Below, one piece after another: positions 23,025 through 44,359 of a stretch of 44,930 bases of DNA. The notes under the pieces are model-generated. The model ran no database searches. It was not told the origin of the DNA and saw only the letters and a list, made by a program, of their open reading frames with translations. The stretch covers positions 176,243 to 221,172 of the forward strand of contig JBNGIO010006314.1 in the NCBI GenBank assembly GCA_049999805.1, written 5' to 3'. The translations under genes were made by a program, and so were the position numbers. This DNA is from Folioceros fuciformis (Eukaryota). The stretch's first letter is position 1. Every line of letters starts with the position of its first letter.

Positions 23025-23944
23025 GAAATGCTGATGTGAGCAGGAGTATAGGCTAGGCTAGGCTAGGCTGCCTCACACGCAGCGCAGCCCCGCGCAAGAT
23101 TATCAAAGCCAGTAACTCATCAATTGCAAATTGCCACAAGATAGAATGCACCGATCAGAATGCCCTCCTCCCAAAAAGCCCCGATGCTGTGCACGTCATA
23201 CGAGCAATCACAACACTCACAATTCATCATCGAGAGCACTTCCTCCCACAAGCCCTCCTATGCCCGCCATGGCTGGCCACCAAGTAACCTAAAACCTCTG
23301 AGCTGCAAGCCACATGCATTGTCACAACAGGCAAGCACAAATAAGAAAACCCTGCCACCTATCCTCCAATCCCACTACAGTCCAGTCGACTGCCAACCAC
23401 AAACACCGCAACATCGGCCTACGCCTGCCTTACCACTTGTCCGCAACCTGACGGGGCGCGGCGCTACCGTAAGCCTGCAGTCACAGCCTGTAGGCGTATC
23501 CGTGACACTGTCTTGTGGGCGGACCATCGATAGATAGGGATGGCTTCCGGGACTTGGATCCTGCCCCGAACCCCTTCCTCCGACTAGATCGACGTAACGA
23601 CTCGACGGGCTCAAGTAACCTGTCCGGGGGCCATCGATCAACCGTTTGACCTCTTAAAAATCGGTTTCACATTACAAATTCCGTAACCCTAAACGTTTTA
23701 TTAGCAGTCTCCTTTCCCATGGCCATGGATGAACAGAACACTACGATCTTATCTAGTTAGCTCGATTTGTTGGACACTTTGGTGCGGAGCCTTGGTTTTC
23801 TCATCAAGCGTACAAATATTTGTCTTCTCAATCTGTCTAGGCATTGTCATCGCACCAATCACCTTCACAACTCCAAAGCACATTGTTTTGGCCTGATCTA
23901 GCGTCTTTCTTTTCCTCTCCTATTAGTGCAGCCTTGCCCGCAAC

Positions 23945-24540
23945 TTTTCATGTATCCAAGAAGAGAACCTTGCTCTTTTCCTTCTCACCTTGCGGCTTTG
24001 CTTCTTATGACTCAATCCAACATCTTTCTCGTTGTCCTCACATTCATGTATCTTCGAAGAGCACCTTGTTCTTTTTCTTCTCATTGTGTAGCTCGACTCT
24101 TGATAACTCCAAACGCCATCTTGTTCATCATCCCCACTAGGGTTCCTATGGACCATACAGCATCTTTCTCGTTGTCCTCACTTTCATGTATCTTTGAAGA
24201 GCACCTTGTTCTTTTTCTTCTCATTGTGCGGCTTGTCTCTTCATATTCTTCTCGATGTGCAGCTCGACTCTTGATATTCTTCTCACTGTGCATCTCGACT
24301 TATTCTTCTCGTTGTGCAGCTCGACACTTGATACTCGACTCTTGATATTCTTCTCACTGTGCATCTCGACTCTTGATACTCAACTCTTGATATTCTTCCC
24401 ACTGTGCATCTCGACTCTTGATACTCAACTCTTGATATTCTTCTCACTGTGCATCTCGCTGTGCAGCTCGACTCTTGATATTCTTCTCACTGTGCATCTC
24501 GACTCTTGATAACTTCAAACACCATCTTGTTCATCATCCC
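23945..24540. repeat. Nested tandem repeat: 140-bp duplication whose second copy holds a 14/45-bp minisatellite expansion
   Basis: CATCTTTCTCGTTGTCCTCA at 24021 and 24161; shared tail at 24092 and 24498; CTCRACTCTTGATA subunits with 45-bp period at 24365 and 24410. Confidence 0.85.
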
Positions 24541-25189
24541 ATTGGGGTTACTACGGAGGATATCATTTTGCATATATCGTGTTGATCATTGTGCAAAAGG
24601 GAGTAGGCTACACTCCTTTCACATTCAACTCAATCCTAGACAATTAATAGTTTTTAGGCTAAGTGGCTTCAAGGGGTAGATTTTTAAGCCTAAAGATAGT
24701 ATTTTTTAGAATTAGCCTTTCACTACATATATCTCCCAATCTTGTTTAGATAGAATTTCATCTTATTTTCCTCTAGTAAAAGAGTTAAGCTTCTTCAAAG
24801 ATACTAACGAACATTTCTGTATATTAAATATACTAAAATATGATTATATGTAAATACCATTGATTAATATATATTTATACATATGCAAAGGCAACAATAA
24901 AAAACATTTGACGGTAGTAAAGGGTAGTGATCATAGAATTTCTCACATGAACACTATTCGCCGTCAAGGGGCAGACCGACAAAACGTTGGGGATGTCGCT
25001 ACTGGTACACTCGAATCCTTGCTCAAATTTCCCGTCAAGAGGCGCTTGTTCTACCTTGTCCAGAGTAAGGTCCAATAGCATTAGGAATAATGGCTCACAT
25101 ATTTACCATATGACTTCTAGTTGTGGCCACTCCACATGGTCTCACTGTCCTGAACGAAAATTTTCAAAACTTTCTACTCTGGTTGTGAA

Positions 25190-26561
<1,372 letters not shown>

Positions 26562-28244
26562 CTAGACCTAGACGCTCGATTGCAGCAGCCTGACAACAGA
26601 AGCTCGCGGCCCGCACAAAGAAATGCTCGTCGTTACATAACAGACAATTAAATGCCTGAATGCAAAATTAGGCTTTCCCCCTAGCAGAGCTTGGTCACGA
26701 AACTTTCGTGAATTATGTAGACCTCGACTTGAAAGGACGAGATGGTGGTTTACTCGCTCAGCACGCTTTGTCACCATTAGTGAAAGGAATGACGGACGAT
26801 TGGTAAACTGAGAGACGGAGCCTGTAATCCAATGTGCCGGTGCAAATCATGCCGAATGAGGATATTGGGAGAGTGCCTGCAGTGTGGACAAGGCAGGGAC
26901 TGTCAAGGTGGTGAGGTTTTCAACATAAAATCAGGAGTGCTGGCAGCAGATGTTTCCACATCCCAGCAGGCGGAGGCACATTGCTTGTAAGGATCAGGTC
27001 AAGATAATTGAGCTTGCAAGCCTCAAACTGCTCTGCCTTGCCAAGGGAGGACAAGGGTTCGTGATCCATCGACCATGGGCAAGCCTGACTCATGAGAACC
27101 TGAACTAGGGGAGGCCTAAAGGAACCTTTGACATAGGTGAGAAAACTGTACGATGGAGGCATAGTGACGAGGAGTAGACGCTACAGCTACACAGATTCCC
27201 TCCGCCTCCCTCGGTCTGCTTGCAGTTTTCAGTCTGCTACCTTTGCATACAACGCGTTTCACCAAGCCGAGGGAGTACAGAGTCGCACAACCTAGTCGGG
27301 AGCTGCTGCAGCTGCGCGTCTTCCGGCTTGGCAGTTCGACATTGTACAGGCAGTTGATCGGAGATCTTCGTGAGGATGTGCACATCCTCAGGACCAGGAC
27401 CGTAACCCCCAACACGTTGTCATCCAGAGCAGCAGCACACAGCTAGAGCGCATGTCCCAAGGAGATCCAGCATTGGGATTTAGCGGGCTGTCCAGTAGTT
27501 CAAAAGACTGGATCAATTTATGAACCATTTCCCTGTCAGAATCTCATTATGGCTGTAGCCTGCATACAGTTAGGACAGAGACAAATCTGATGCCGTCTGG
27601 CTGTGTGCCATGCTCCCTCACTGTCTGCACAGGTCGAAAAGCATGTCACTCTGTGTAGGGCAGGTGTAGAAGAAGAAGAATTCTAGTGGAATCCACCAAG
27701 GACAGATTTTCGTCAGGATCTGATATCAACATCTTGTAGCATGGTATACCTGGCTACTGGCTACAAAGGCCATGCTTTCCTGAGGGATCCCATCTAAGGA
27801 CAGGGATCCCATCTGCGTACTTATCTGAGCGTCTATTGCTACAGAAGGCCATGTTTCCCTTTAGGCATCCCATCTAAGATGCTTTTTCGTTCTGTTGCTG
27901 CTGGACAAAAACGGACAATTGTAGCCTGCAATCCTCCAAGCCACGAAGTCCCGTTTGGGTGAGCTAGTGCACATCAACCCGATTTCCCATACATGTTCAT
28001 CAGACTGCAAGCCACATTGTCACGTGATGTACAGGATATAAATTGTTATGATGTGATTTATAGCAAGCGAAATATTATTGTGTGATTTCAGAGCATATGA
28101 AATCGAAAGAGTATGTCTTGACCCCGAATTATGTATACTTGACATGAACTCGTGTTGTAAAAAACTTCAACGAAATGGTAAAGAAAGGCGCAATTTGAGC
28201 GGGTTTAGCATTAGGGTGTAACACGTTAAGAGTCCGCCGGAGAC

Positions 28245-28346
28245 ATGGACTGAACTTTGCAGCTGAACCGGAGCCATGGACTGAACTTTGCAGCTGAACC
28301 GGAGGCAAAGATCCAAACTTGGCAGCTGAACCGGAGGCAAAGATCC
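28245..28346. repeat. 31-bp tandem repeat, about 3 copies
   Basis: Core GCAGCTGAACCGGAG at about 28259, 28290 and 28322. Confidence 0.8.
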
Positions 28347-28517
28347 AGACCAGAACTGTGAAGCTGACTCGGAGTCGTGGACTAAACCTTGAGATCTTCC
28401 ACATTCAGCTGTCTTGTTCCACCTACACCCAGAAGGTCTCGTGCTTCCCCTCAATTGAGAGTTCCACCGCTGCTCCTGTGTCTGCTGCGGAGTTTCAACT
28501 GCCGAATAGACCCTAGG

Positions 28518-31500
28518 TCAATTTGACGACGCCTGCAACTAGCAATGAAGCAAAAACCTAAGGAGACAAGGCATTTACCTTCGATTTTGAAGGAGCCGGT
28601 GAACCATTGGGTGCCTCGTCCCGTCCCAGGCGATCGTTCATTGAGGGCTGGATTTCCTCCTTCCCCTGACGATCACATTCCTCGACACTCCTACCACTAC
28701 TGACATGAAGACTCCCCCACACACTCGTCCGGGGTACATGCGTCCATTGACTCCTCTCTGCAGGAGGTGTCTCTGGCACCACGCTGAGAGGGGGGACTTG
28801 GGTACAGAAGAAGTCATCTTCGTCACAGAGTTCCTCACTTGTCCTCACATTTGCACTATCGGCGTCTCCACTGCCTGCGACTTGAAGTGTGAGAAAAGGC
28901 ATATCATTGACAGCATCGACTCAAACGGTGTGCTTGACGTGCCTGACCTGGGCATGGCTGTGACTGCACATAAACTTCCTGTAACGGCGGTGCAGCTGCA
29001 ATACGGCCTGAGGACAGGGCGGCAGCTGACGATTTCTTCCTCTGAACGATTGGGCATGCACCCGAAACATCACTGCGTGTCGCACAGCAGAAGGAGCTGT
29101 TTGTCTGCAGACGGTTGCTGTTGGAACACAGCCCTGTTAGCATCTGTGAGGAGGACGATTAATTACTCTTTGAACGTGTCGGGACTCTGCTTGGGGAAGC
29201 TTCTTACGTGTCAGCAGTCCTCTTGGGCGTCTCAGGCTCGACTTCCTTGATCGTTACATCTGTGGCCTTCCTTTTCCGCCTGGGAATTTTCGGACCTTTC
29301 GACTTGCTCGCTTGACCAGTAGTTGTGGAAGGTCCATATCGGTGTCTCAGAAACGAATCAGCAGCCCGAAAATGCTGGAGGAAAGAATCAGAAGGTGGCA
29401 AACTTCGAAGAGGAGTGACAACAGAGGCTTCTTCTGGACGTATCTGTATCATCAAAAGAACAAGCTCACGGGGCGTCCTCTGAATACCTGACCTGCTGAA
29501 GAAACTACGGGAAGGAACATATTTTCGACACCTTCATGGATTGGAAAAACTTTTGCACGTCGGTAAGGGAATTCTCAAAACTTTCCACCCGTTTGACACT
29601 CTGTCTTAGCCACTTGGACAGATAGTTCAGATTGGACTGCTTTTGTAGTCGCTCGTCTGTCAACAAGCATCCAATACGCATCCATAAAAATGGTAAGAAT
29701 CGGGAAGGTAGACGTGTTGAAAACCTCCTTGACATCAAACATGGAGGCTTACCAAGAAGGATAATGGCACCATAATCTTCTCGATGCCGAATGCAGCGAC
29801 CTGGGTGCATAAACAGACATTTAGCTCTTTGCCAGGCTGCTGTGTACTCCATCCATCTCTACCACCTCAATCAGGTAAGAGTCATATGCTGTATCCTGTA
29901 CACGTGGAGGAGCACGGGACATCTGTCCAGCAGCTACTTACCAACAGCTTGATTTAGAGCTCGGAAGGCTTGTTGACAATACCATTCATCCCCACTCAGT
30001 AATTTCTTCACCACCTTGTGTTCGCTGTTGTAAATCTTTTTCAACTTGACCTGCAAGTCCATTCTATTCGCATGGACAGTTCAGAACTCTACAACAGAGT
30101 ATGCAAGTCTCAGCATGCCATAGGCTAACGTCAGGCACCTACATATTGAAAAGAGCTTAGGAGCAGCCTTACATGTTAGGGAAAGGGATGCCAACAACAA
30201 CCTGAGCTTCGTCAAAGAAACTCAATCTCGAAGACGAGGGCAAGGACACAAGGAAGCCCATCGTGTATCAGTCATGATGAAAGACAGAGCCTAGAGTGAA
30301 TACCATGGTATCATCTTTCACGACAGGATACGACTGCTCGTGCATTATGGTCTGCAAAGTTAAGACCTTCCGACACCTGCAAGAAATTAAAGAGCAAGCT
30401 ACATCACCTCCCCAATGCCTAGCACCCGAACTGGTACTGAATACTGACTATAAGTTCTCAGCAAAAAACCATGCCTGACAAAGGAGAGAACAACACCTTT
30501 CCGCGGAACACAGCAAAAAATGCAGCTCCACCTGTTGTCTGCATGGTACATGGATTGACAGGGTGACTTCTTGCTGGAGAAGAGTTCCGGGGCTTTGACC
30601 CTGATACAGGTAGTTTGACTCCATTGACAGCGGCGTAATAGGCGGTTAACACTTGCTCAAACCCATCTTGGCTGCCCCGGGGCTCTGGGGAACAGTGCTG
30701 GCTTTAAGAACTTTCAAGTGACACAGCCACATGGCAAGGTAATGAGGCCAGGTAACAATAGCGAATCAACCATGGACTCACCCACCTACGAAGAGCTGCT
30801 TTTCACGCTGAAATCGCTTCCACTGCCCACTGGCTCTCCATTTCGCAACCAGGTTCTCTAACAGCTTGTAACTTGGAAAGAATATCAGAACTCCGTCAGG
30901 AATAACCTTGAGAATTTCTTCAATAGCAAGTCCAAGGCCATCCTGTTTCATCAGTTATGTGAGACGCTTCCCTTTGAGTTTATCAGCAGTCGAAGAACAG
31001 CATTTTGCCCATGAAATTCAAGTTGGAACGGGGGAGATGAAAGAGACTTGGAACGCCACAGTCATCGCATTTTGATAACTGGCATTCAGTGTTGCCATCC
31101 CGGGGCCTACTGCCATTGCGGCAGCCCAGACCTGGCAACAATATAGACAACCAGAGCTAAGTGTTCGACTCGCTATGTGCTCAAGAGAAGCAGGAGCTCA
31201 TACGAGTAAATAGAAACATGCAAACCTGAGTGTCCATGTTCACAACGTGAGGGGCTTCTAGCTGAACTAAAAAATTAACTCCAAGCTCAGAGGCAAATGA
31301 TCCCATGGGCGAAAGAGTTCTGGAATGTCATGAACGCAACACGTTAAGGCTGGGGTCTTTATGGATGGAACCATGACTCCATGATAACATGCCAAAAGGC
31401 AGAAAGCAAGCAGGTGATCACAAATACTTACCCAGAAGTGAGGATGACTGATAGTGACTTCTGAGCAAGCTCTTCAAATACTACGGCGGGATTTAGGCAC

Positions 31501-34263
31501 CATAGATTCAGAGTAGTCACCCATTCTGTTGATCTGTTTCCTGAAACAAGCTACGCAGGGTTACAATTTTCCCGCTTGCAAGCAGAGTGTGAAGAAGAAA
31601 CAACAGAACTCATGACTGACCTTCGTCCCATCTGGAGGACCTTCTCAGAACAACCTGATAGTCATCTATTCGACGAGCATCCTCTCGAACCATGAAGTTA
31701 AGCACGCAGAACATCCCTGCAACTCTCACCTTATCAGGGAGTGAACTATGAAGCCACAAAAGAAGTTGGTGGTCTGACAGTCAGCTCAAGACAGCACCAA
31801 TTTCAGGGCGGCACTCGGATATCCAGATGCAAATTATACCCAGCCAAGCACGAAACCTGTCATAGATAAGGCAAAGTACCTTCCATAATGTTGGCCGCCC
31901 AGGCGCTAATAGGCGCAACTTTGGGGTTTGGATCTGAAACAGCTTTAACTGCCTGGAGACATCAGGCAACTAGTTAGAGAAATCTAGAAGGCCACATCCT
32001 GAGGAGTTGCCGTTAGCATCTTGGTAGTTCATCTACCTGGCGGCAGCACTGGAGGAGGACAGGAAAGAGCTCTGGCATGATTCCTGCAGATCGCAACTCC
32101 TGCAATGCATTTGAACCACCCCACCTGTGCAAACGCACAAAGACTTGAGACTGGTACACTAAATCTGGGTAGCAGTTTTGTGCATCAGTTTCAGTGGAGC
32201 AGCTTGTATGTACTTGCCAAGAAGCATAAGTACTGGAATCTATTCGTGTTAAGTGATTCGACCGATGCTCAATCCAACCTACCAATCCCTGTAGTGAAGC
32301 AAATGCTGGCATTAGACTAAATGTTCAATATCTCTGTTTCTTGGGGTTTGGTAATGCAAGGGATGAACCTCAAACATTTCCAGTAGGGGCTCATAGATCT
32401 CGCTCGATTTATACTCAACACCTGCTGCTGTAATCAGCTGGGACAGTTCCGTCTTCAAATCTGTAGAAACACACAAACACTGATTTGGCCGTGACACCCA
32501 TTACGCTTCGGAGCACAGCAGACATTGCTCGAAAGATACCTGAAAGTTGGTCTACTTCCACAGTGAAACTTCCAGCTTCGCGCGAAACATCTTCAATGTT
32601 ACTGGAAATCCATACAAGACGAGTGCATGGTGATCATAGAGATAGTCCTCAAGGAAGGAAGCTTTCATCTATTTGGTCAGGCAGAAGCTTTTGGCTCGCG
32701 GAATCAAAGCATTCACGCAATGCAAAAGAATAAGTGGACTCCTAGATTTAGCTCTCCAAGGGCAATTTCGACAGTGCAGAACATGAACAGGACCGTGGGC
32801 TGCTTTGATAACCTACTGGGCTTCATCCATGACAATGATTGCCCCGTTGATGTCAACCTCCATGGCACTTCTTATCAGTGGGTTCACGATATAATTGTAT
32901 GGACAAAATATTATTTGTGCCTCTTCAGCCAAAGCCCGAGCAGCAAAATAAGCACATCCTGCAGAGAAATCACGACCGCCGCTGTTTAGCACACCAACTT
33001 TGACATGAACAAGAAAGTTGTCGATAGGAAAGTACCTTTCACTTCACGGGCAATGCCAACCAGATCTTCGATGTCATGCACTTCGCACTTCCCGCCCTGC
33101 TGTATGGAGGGATGCATCTTTACCTTGTTCACATTTCTGAAAGAGATACAGTGGAAAACAGTGTCCAGGGAGACAGCTACAGCGATATATAGCGTGCGGG
33201 CAACTGCCGTCTTGACTTACACACATCTTTGGGCTCACCTGAACTCACGGCAGCCAGGAGGTTCATCCTTCCTTGCACCCTCCTTGACTCTTTTCAAGAA
33301 CCCATGATGCTCCCTATCTTCCTCAGCTTTGAGGAGCAGTTTACTGCACAAGGTAAGTCACAGCTGCCCAGGTTCAGAGCGAAGCGCACCAAAGTGAACC
33401 AAGAGTCTCTTAACCAAAACAAAGTGCAATAGTGGAAAGCCAACCAGTCCTCATCATAGTTTTTCTTGGCGCAGACAGCCGCGTTGGTGCAATAATGCTT
33501 CCTGGCTGCCTGTGCACAGACGAGGTTCAGGTGGGTCACCTCAAGTCAGAGGCATGGAGTAGTTTTGCATACAATTCCATTGTCCAGATCAGGGTCTACC
33601 CACCAAAATTGCCATGGGCACCCTGTAAGATGTAGTATGCAGTTCCTTAATCACCTGGGTGATCTGCGAATGAGTCCTCCTGCAATCCACAAATTACAAT
33701 TCCGTCCCAACAACACTCAGACGAGAGAAGAGCAGTGAGCACTTGTCCTCACGTGGTGTAAATGATCTGAGGTGCTTTCTTCCGCTCAGGAGCGGGCACA
33801 GGTGTGTCCTGGAACACGTCATCCCCCCCTTTACATTCTGCAACTTCTGCAATTGCAGGAAGCTGACTCAGCAACCACAAATGGATAAACGGCATAGCAA
33901 GCAACAGAATTCCTGCCCCACACCTGGAGTAGTAGTCTCTGGCATAAATCCTCCTCCAGCTCCCAAGTAGTCATCCCCGCCGACAGCAGGGTCAAAAGCA
34001 GAAGGCGGTGGTACCCGGACCGGCACATTCTTGCCGAGGTTGGCTTTGCAATGCCGTTGCCACGCCAAGGTCGCACACAGCAGAGCTAGCGTCTTCCCGG
34101 ACCCCGTAGGAGACTCCAGCAGAGCGTTTCCATCGCCCCCAGCGTAGGCTGACTGCAATGCCGTCAGGACCTTGCCCATGTATGCCAGCTGCGGCCCATA
34201 GGCTTTGTGAGGGAACACCACTTGGATCCCTGCAATGCTGTACTCCACCTGCGAGCCCGTCAT
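28518..34263 (-). CDS. FANCJ: FANCJ/BRIP1-like Fe-S DNA helicase (Rad3/XPD family)
   Basis: ESPTGSGKTLALLCATLAWQ, TRTHSQITQVIKEL, CAYFAAR...FCPYNYI, DEAHNIED, LWCLNPAV, AVFRGKVSEG, VGIPFPN, QQAFRALNQAVGRCIRH (GRCIRH favours FANCJ over RTEL1). About 20 exons; 3' end inferred. Confidence 0.9.
30202..30331 (-). other. Candidate U12-type (minor spliceosome) GT-AG intron in FANCJ
   Basis: Donor GTATCCTG; TTTCTTTGAC ending 9 nt before the exon; no pyrimidine tract; in-frame ARAV|VVVGIP. Confidence 0.55.
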
Positions 34264-34466
34264 TCCTGTTCTCCCTGCACGACATTCCCGTCTCCAGGAG
34301 GCCCGGACACAAATCAAACGCTCTCTGGGCGGGTGGTCTCGCTAACCGGGGGTCCCGGTCAGCTTAACCGCACCTCCTGGTTGGGTTTTGCACTGTTCCC
34401 GGGGCTCACTTATTTGAATGCTGCCTCGCCCACCTGTGAGGCGAAATGCGGAGCGGAGCCCGGGCG

Positions 34467-36130
34467 ATGGATTTGGACTTCGACCCGCCCTCCTTCTCTC
34501 TCGGAACAGACGACTTCCGGTCGCCCTCTGCCGACCGGGAAGATCCTCCCGTGGAGCGCATTGCCGTGGGTTGCAGCGACGACGTGCCTGGTAGGCCACA
34601 GACCTGAGCGATCCATGCCCGAGGTTGTGATGATCTTGGCAGCGATGGAGTTCTGATTGTGGATGCCCGATTTTGCAGACTCGGAAGGGGAGGAAGGAGG
34701 ATCGGACTGGGAGGCATTCCCGAGGAGGAGATTGAAGCGGTTGAGGCGGGTGGTGGGAGAAGGCAGTGCAGCTCGGGAGTCGGATTTGCGTGTGGGGGCT
34801 GGACTCGCCGGATTTGGGGTGGGCCTTGAGGACGATGACATTGAGGACTTTTCGGAGGACGAGGCTTCCACCGTGGGCGGTACGGGTTTGGGGAGGAGGG
34901 GCATTTGAGGAGGCAGGTGGGTGTGTTTGCGGGTCTTGAATTCCGCGCTTGGCTTGAATGCTGCAGATGGCGGTTGTCACAGGCAGGGATCATGGCGGGT
35001 GAGAGAGCAAGCAAAGACGCCGTTGCCTCGGGTTTTCGGGGCACTCGCGTCCGCTTCTTCCGGTGTGGAAAGGAGCGACCCGTCGAGTCGGAAGAGGCAC
35101 GCTGGGAGTTTAGACGAGACGGGTCTCGGCTGTGGGGTCTCTGATGTTTCTGGGGGAAAATTCTGTGGTGATGCGGGAAGGCAAGAGAGGGCAAATTTTT
35201 CTTCGTCTGCTTCTCTTTGTGAGTTTGACTGGAGAATTCGGCAGCCAGACTTTGGCGAAGGCGAGAAGAGCTTGGGCGGAGGATCTGCACAGTGGAGGGC
35301 AGACGCAGGGATCAGGAGTGACTATGTTGATCTGGAGTCTGAAGACGTGATCCAGAGGGATGAGAACCCTGGTTGGAAGGACGTCTACCCCATGATGAAA
35401 GGGAAATCAGATGTTGTCGAGCTTTTGAGGAGGAGGCTGCCGAACTTCATTCCTGTTGATGCCCTGGCATCACAAGGCGGGTTTGAAGGAGAACCTGTCT
35501 GCATTGACTACAGGTACCTTCGTTGATTTCCGGGGAATGTGATGACTTGTCTTTGGGGCGGATGGATCTGAACGTGTGGTTTGCCCCAGAAACCAATTTT
35601 CATCAGGGCCGGGTGCGGGAAGTACAAGACAAAGAGGAGATCCAATTGGCGAGGGTCAGTGTGACAAACCAACTTCCAGGAAGGGTAGGGGAGGGCAAAC
35701 TCGTGGAAGAGGGAAGGTAAAGGGGAAAACTGCTGCTTCTCCTCCTTCTCCTGCTCCAGCTTCAACCGCCAGCAAGGGGTACTGGACCACTGAAAAGACG
35801 GGTAATCGGGTACGTACTTTCGAAGATGTCTCCACACAGATGGTGGCCGCTGGAATCCGGACATCTCATGGATGCTAAATCCGGCACCTCTCAATTTTGC
35901 GTGCACAGATTTACGTCACGCAAGATGGACGGAAGCTGAGTGGGAGAATCGCTTACAGGCAGCATTTGAGGGTGAGCGACAATGTTGGAAGACACAGATC
36001 ACGTGGCGTTGGCTGAATGTCTCTTCAACTTACTGCTGCGGTTTCCCATTCTGGGGTCGTGCAGGAGAACGGCAAAACATCGAAGAAAGGAAAGGCCAAG
36101 TCTACTCGTGCCTCCAAGAAGAAATCCTGA
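34467..36130 (+). CDS. Conserved uncharacterised plant protein (acidic, largely disordered, basic tail)
   Basis: Starts MDLDFDPPSFSLG; spliced VP|DSE (intron 34591-34678), RRRLKRLRR, DDDIEDFS, CIDYR|NQF, GYWTTEKTGNR|IYVTQDGRKLSGRIAYRQHLR|ENGK...KKS*. Splice phases checked are consistent. Confidence 0.8.
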
Positions 36131-36240
36131 ATGCAGGGTCGTGGGCAGCCGGTATGAACTCCTGTACGCCTCCTTGAGGACTGGATGACACTTCAAGAAG
36201 TGCTACTGCAGCGGGTAAGTATTGCGCGTACTGAGCTTCC

Positions 36241-42949
<6,709 letters not shown>

Positions 42950-43179
42950 TCACGACTCACATCTGTGGTCCAATTGTCGTACAGTACTTTTCTGACAAGC
43001 GCGTTCTCCTTCTCTTACAGGAGGCCTTGCTGTATTCTTACGCTCAAGCAGGTGTGAAAGCAGCTTTGGGCCCGCCCCTGCCTGCCCGCCTGCTTGTGTT
43101 AAATAAGGGAGAGGAGCTGGATTCCCGGACACCAGCACGCCAGCACGCCCCTGGGTTCGTATCCAACATACCTTAACTC

Positions 43180-44190
43180 ATATCCAGTCTATGCATACGA
43201 TCCTAAACGCAGGAAGAAGCTAAGCATTAAGGAGTTTAAACGTAGAGCACACAACTCTATTTCATTCAGAATCAAACAACATGAACCAACGTTGATGAAA
43301 GCTGCTTTGATGAACACCATGCTCTTAATGTTGAAACAATGTCCGTCCAATTAGCCAGCTTTTCTATCTGCCAAACTGTGCTTCCACATAGTACATATTC
43401 TAGTTGACCAAGTTTGTACCAACCAAACTCTATCGACCAAAGACATTGTCCTACATTTAATCAGCTTGCTCTGCCATTACTGTCCGTCAGTCAATCAATT
43501 TGCTCTGTCATTTTGATTTGTGCATGCACCATGAGAGTAGATTTCACAACGGTTGGCTCAGAAATGACCTAGTCTCGGTCACATCACCCACCAAAAGATT
43601 GCTTTTTTCCAAAATACATGTTCTTGGTCATCCCACTTTAATGAAATTAATGGCTGAGAACAATCTACTAAATTCTGCACAACAGGGATGATAATCTGAA
43701 TGAACAAATTTTGTTTCTGTTTGACAACTTGGTAGTGTGTCTATAGTGCATAGTAAATCCTCTCCTTGACTTTATACCTCTGAAATGTGGATCCATTGTA
43801 CCCTTATCATTGATTCACACAAACAGTATGGTGCCAAATATGGTCCATTTGGATCAAAGTAGCATCAAGGTATGAAGATCCCAACCTCTCTAAACAGTGT
43901 ACCTCTCTTGTAGACAACCCATCTTTGGATGCAAAGAGAAATGGGTTCCTTCTAGGCACTTGATTCAAGTATGGTTTGGAAGGTTTTAGAACTTTTGGCA
44001 TAGTTGCTCTAGCCATATGCAGAATTCAGTAAGTCTAGGATTCCTTGGAAGGGTGTCTCTCTCACCCAACAAGGTATGGGATTCCGGGTACTTCATCCCA
44101 TCCCACAGGTACTGAAAAAATATATCGGAAACAGGTGGGATGAGGATAGTGTTTGAAACTTTAAATACAAGGCATCTCAAGGGAAATGAA
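43180..44190 (-). mobile_element. AT-rich degenerate segment, possibly a non-LTR retroelement relic
   Basis: Sharp compositional shift from the flanks. Broken Trp-rich minus-strand peptides (EHVFWK, CLWSIE, TLRAW) loosely recall LINE ORF2 C-termini. No RT motif seen. Confidence 0.25.
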
Positions 44191-44359
44191 GAACGACGGG
44201 AAGGGCTAGGAGAGGCGGTCGGGGTTAAGGTGGGAGGACCGAAGGTTGGAACCGGGTCTCCCGAGTGTTAAGAGAGTGGGTTGGAAAGTCGGTCGGCTTG
44301 GCACCACAAACTGCCTGGGCCACGCTGGGAAATGCAAGGGAGAAGGCAGGGTAGGCGAG

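Noticed and set aside
24240..24510. Regular repeats superficially like a CRISPR array
   Set aside because: No unique spacers, no cas genes, eukaryotic context; it is a minisatellite.
34342..35290. Long minus-strand ORFs of 164-294 aa
   Set aside because: Antisense shadows of GC-rich exons of the + strand gene; low complexity, no domains.
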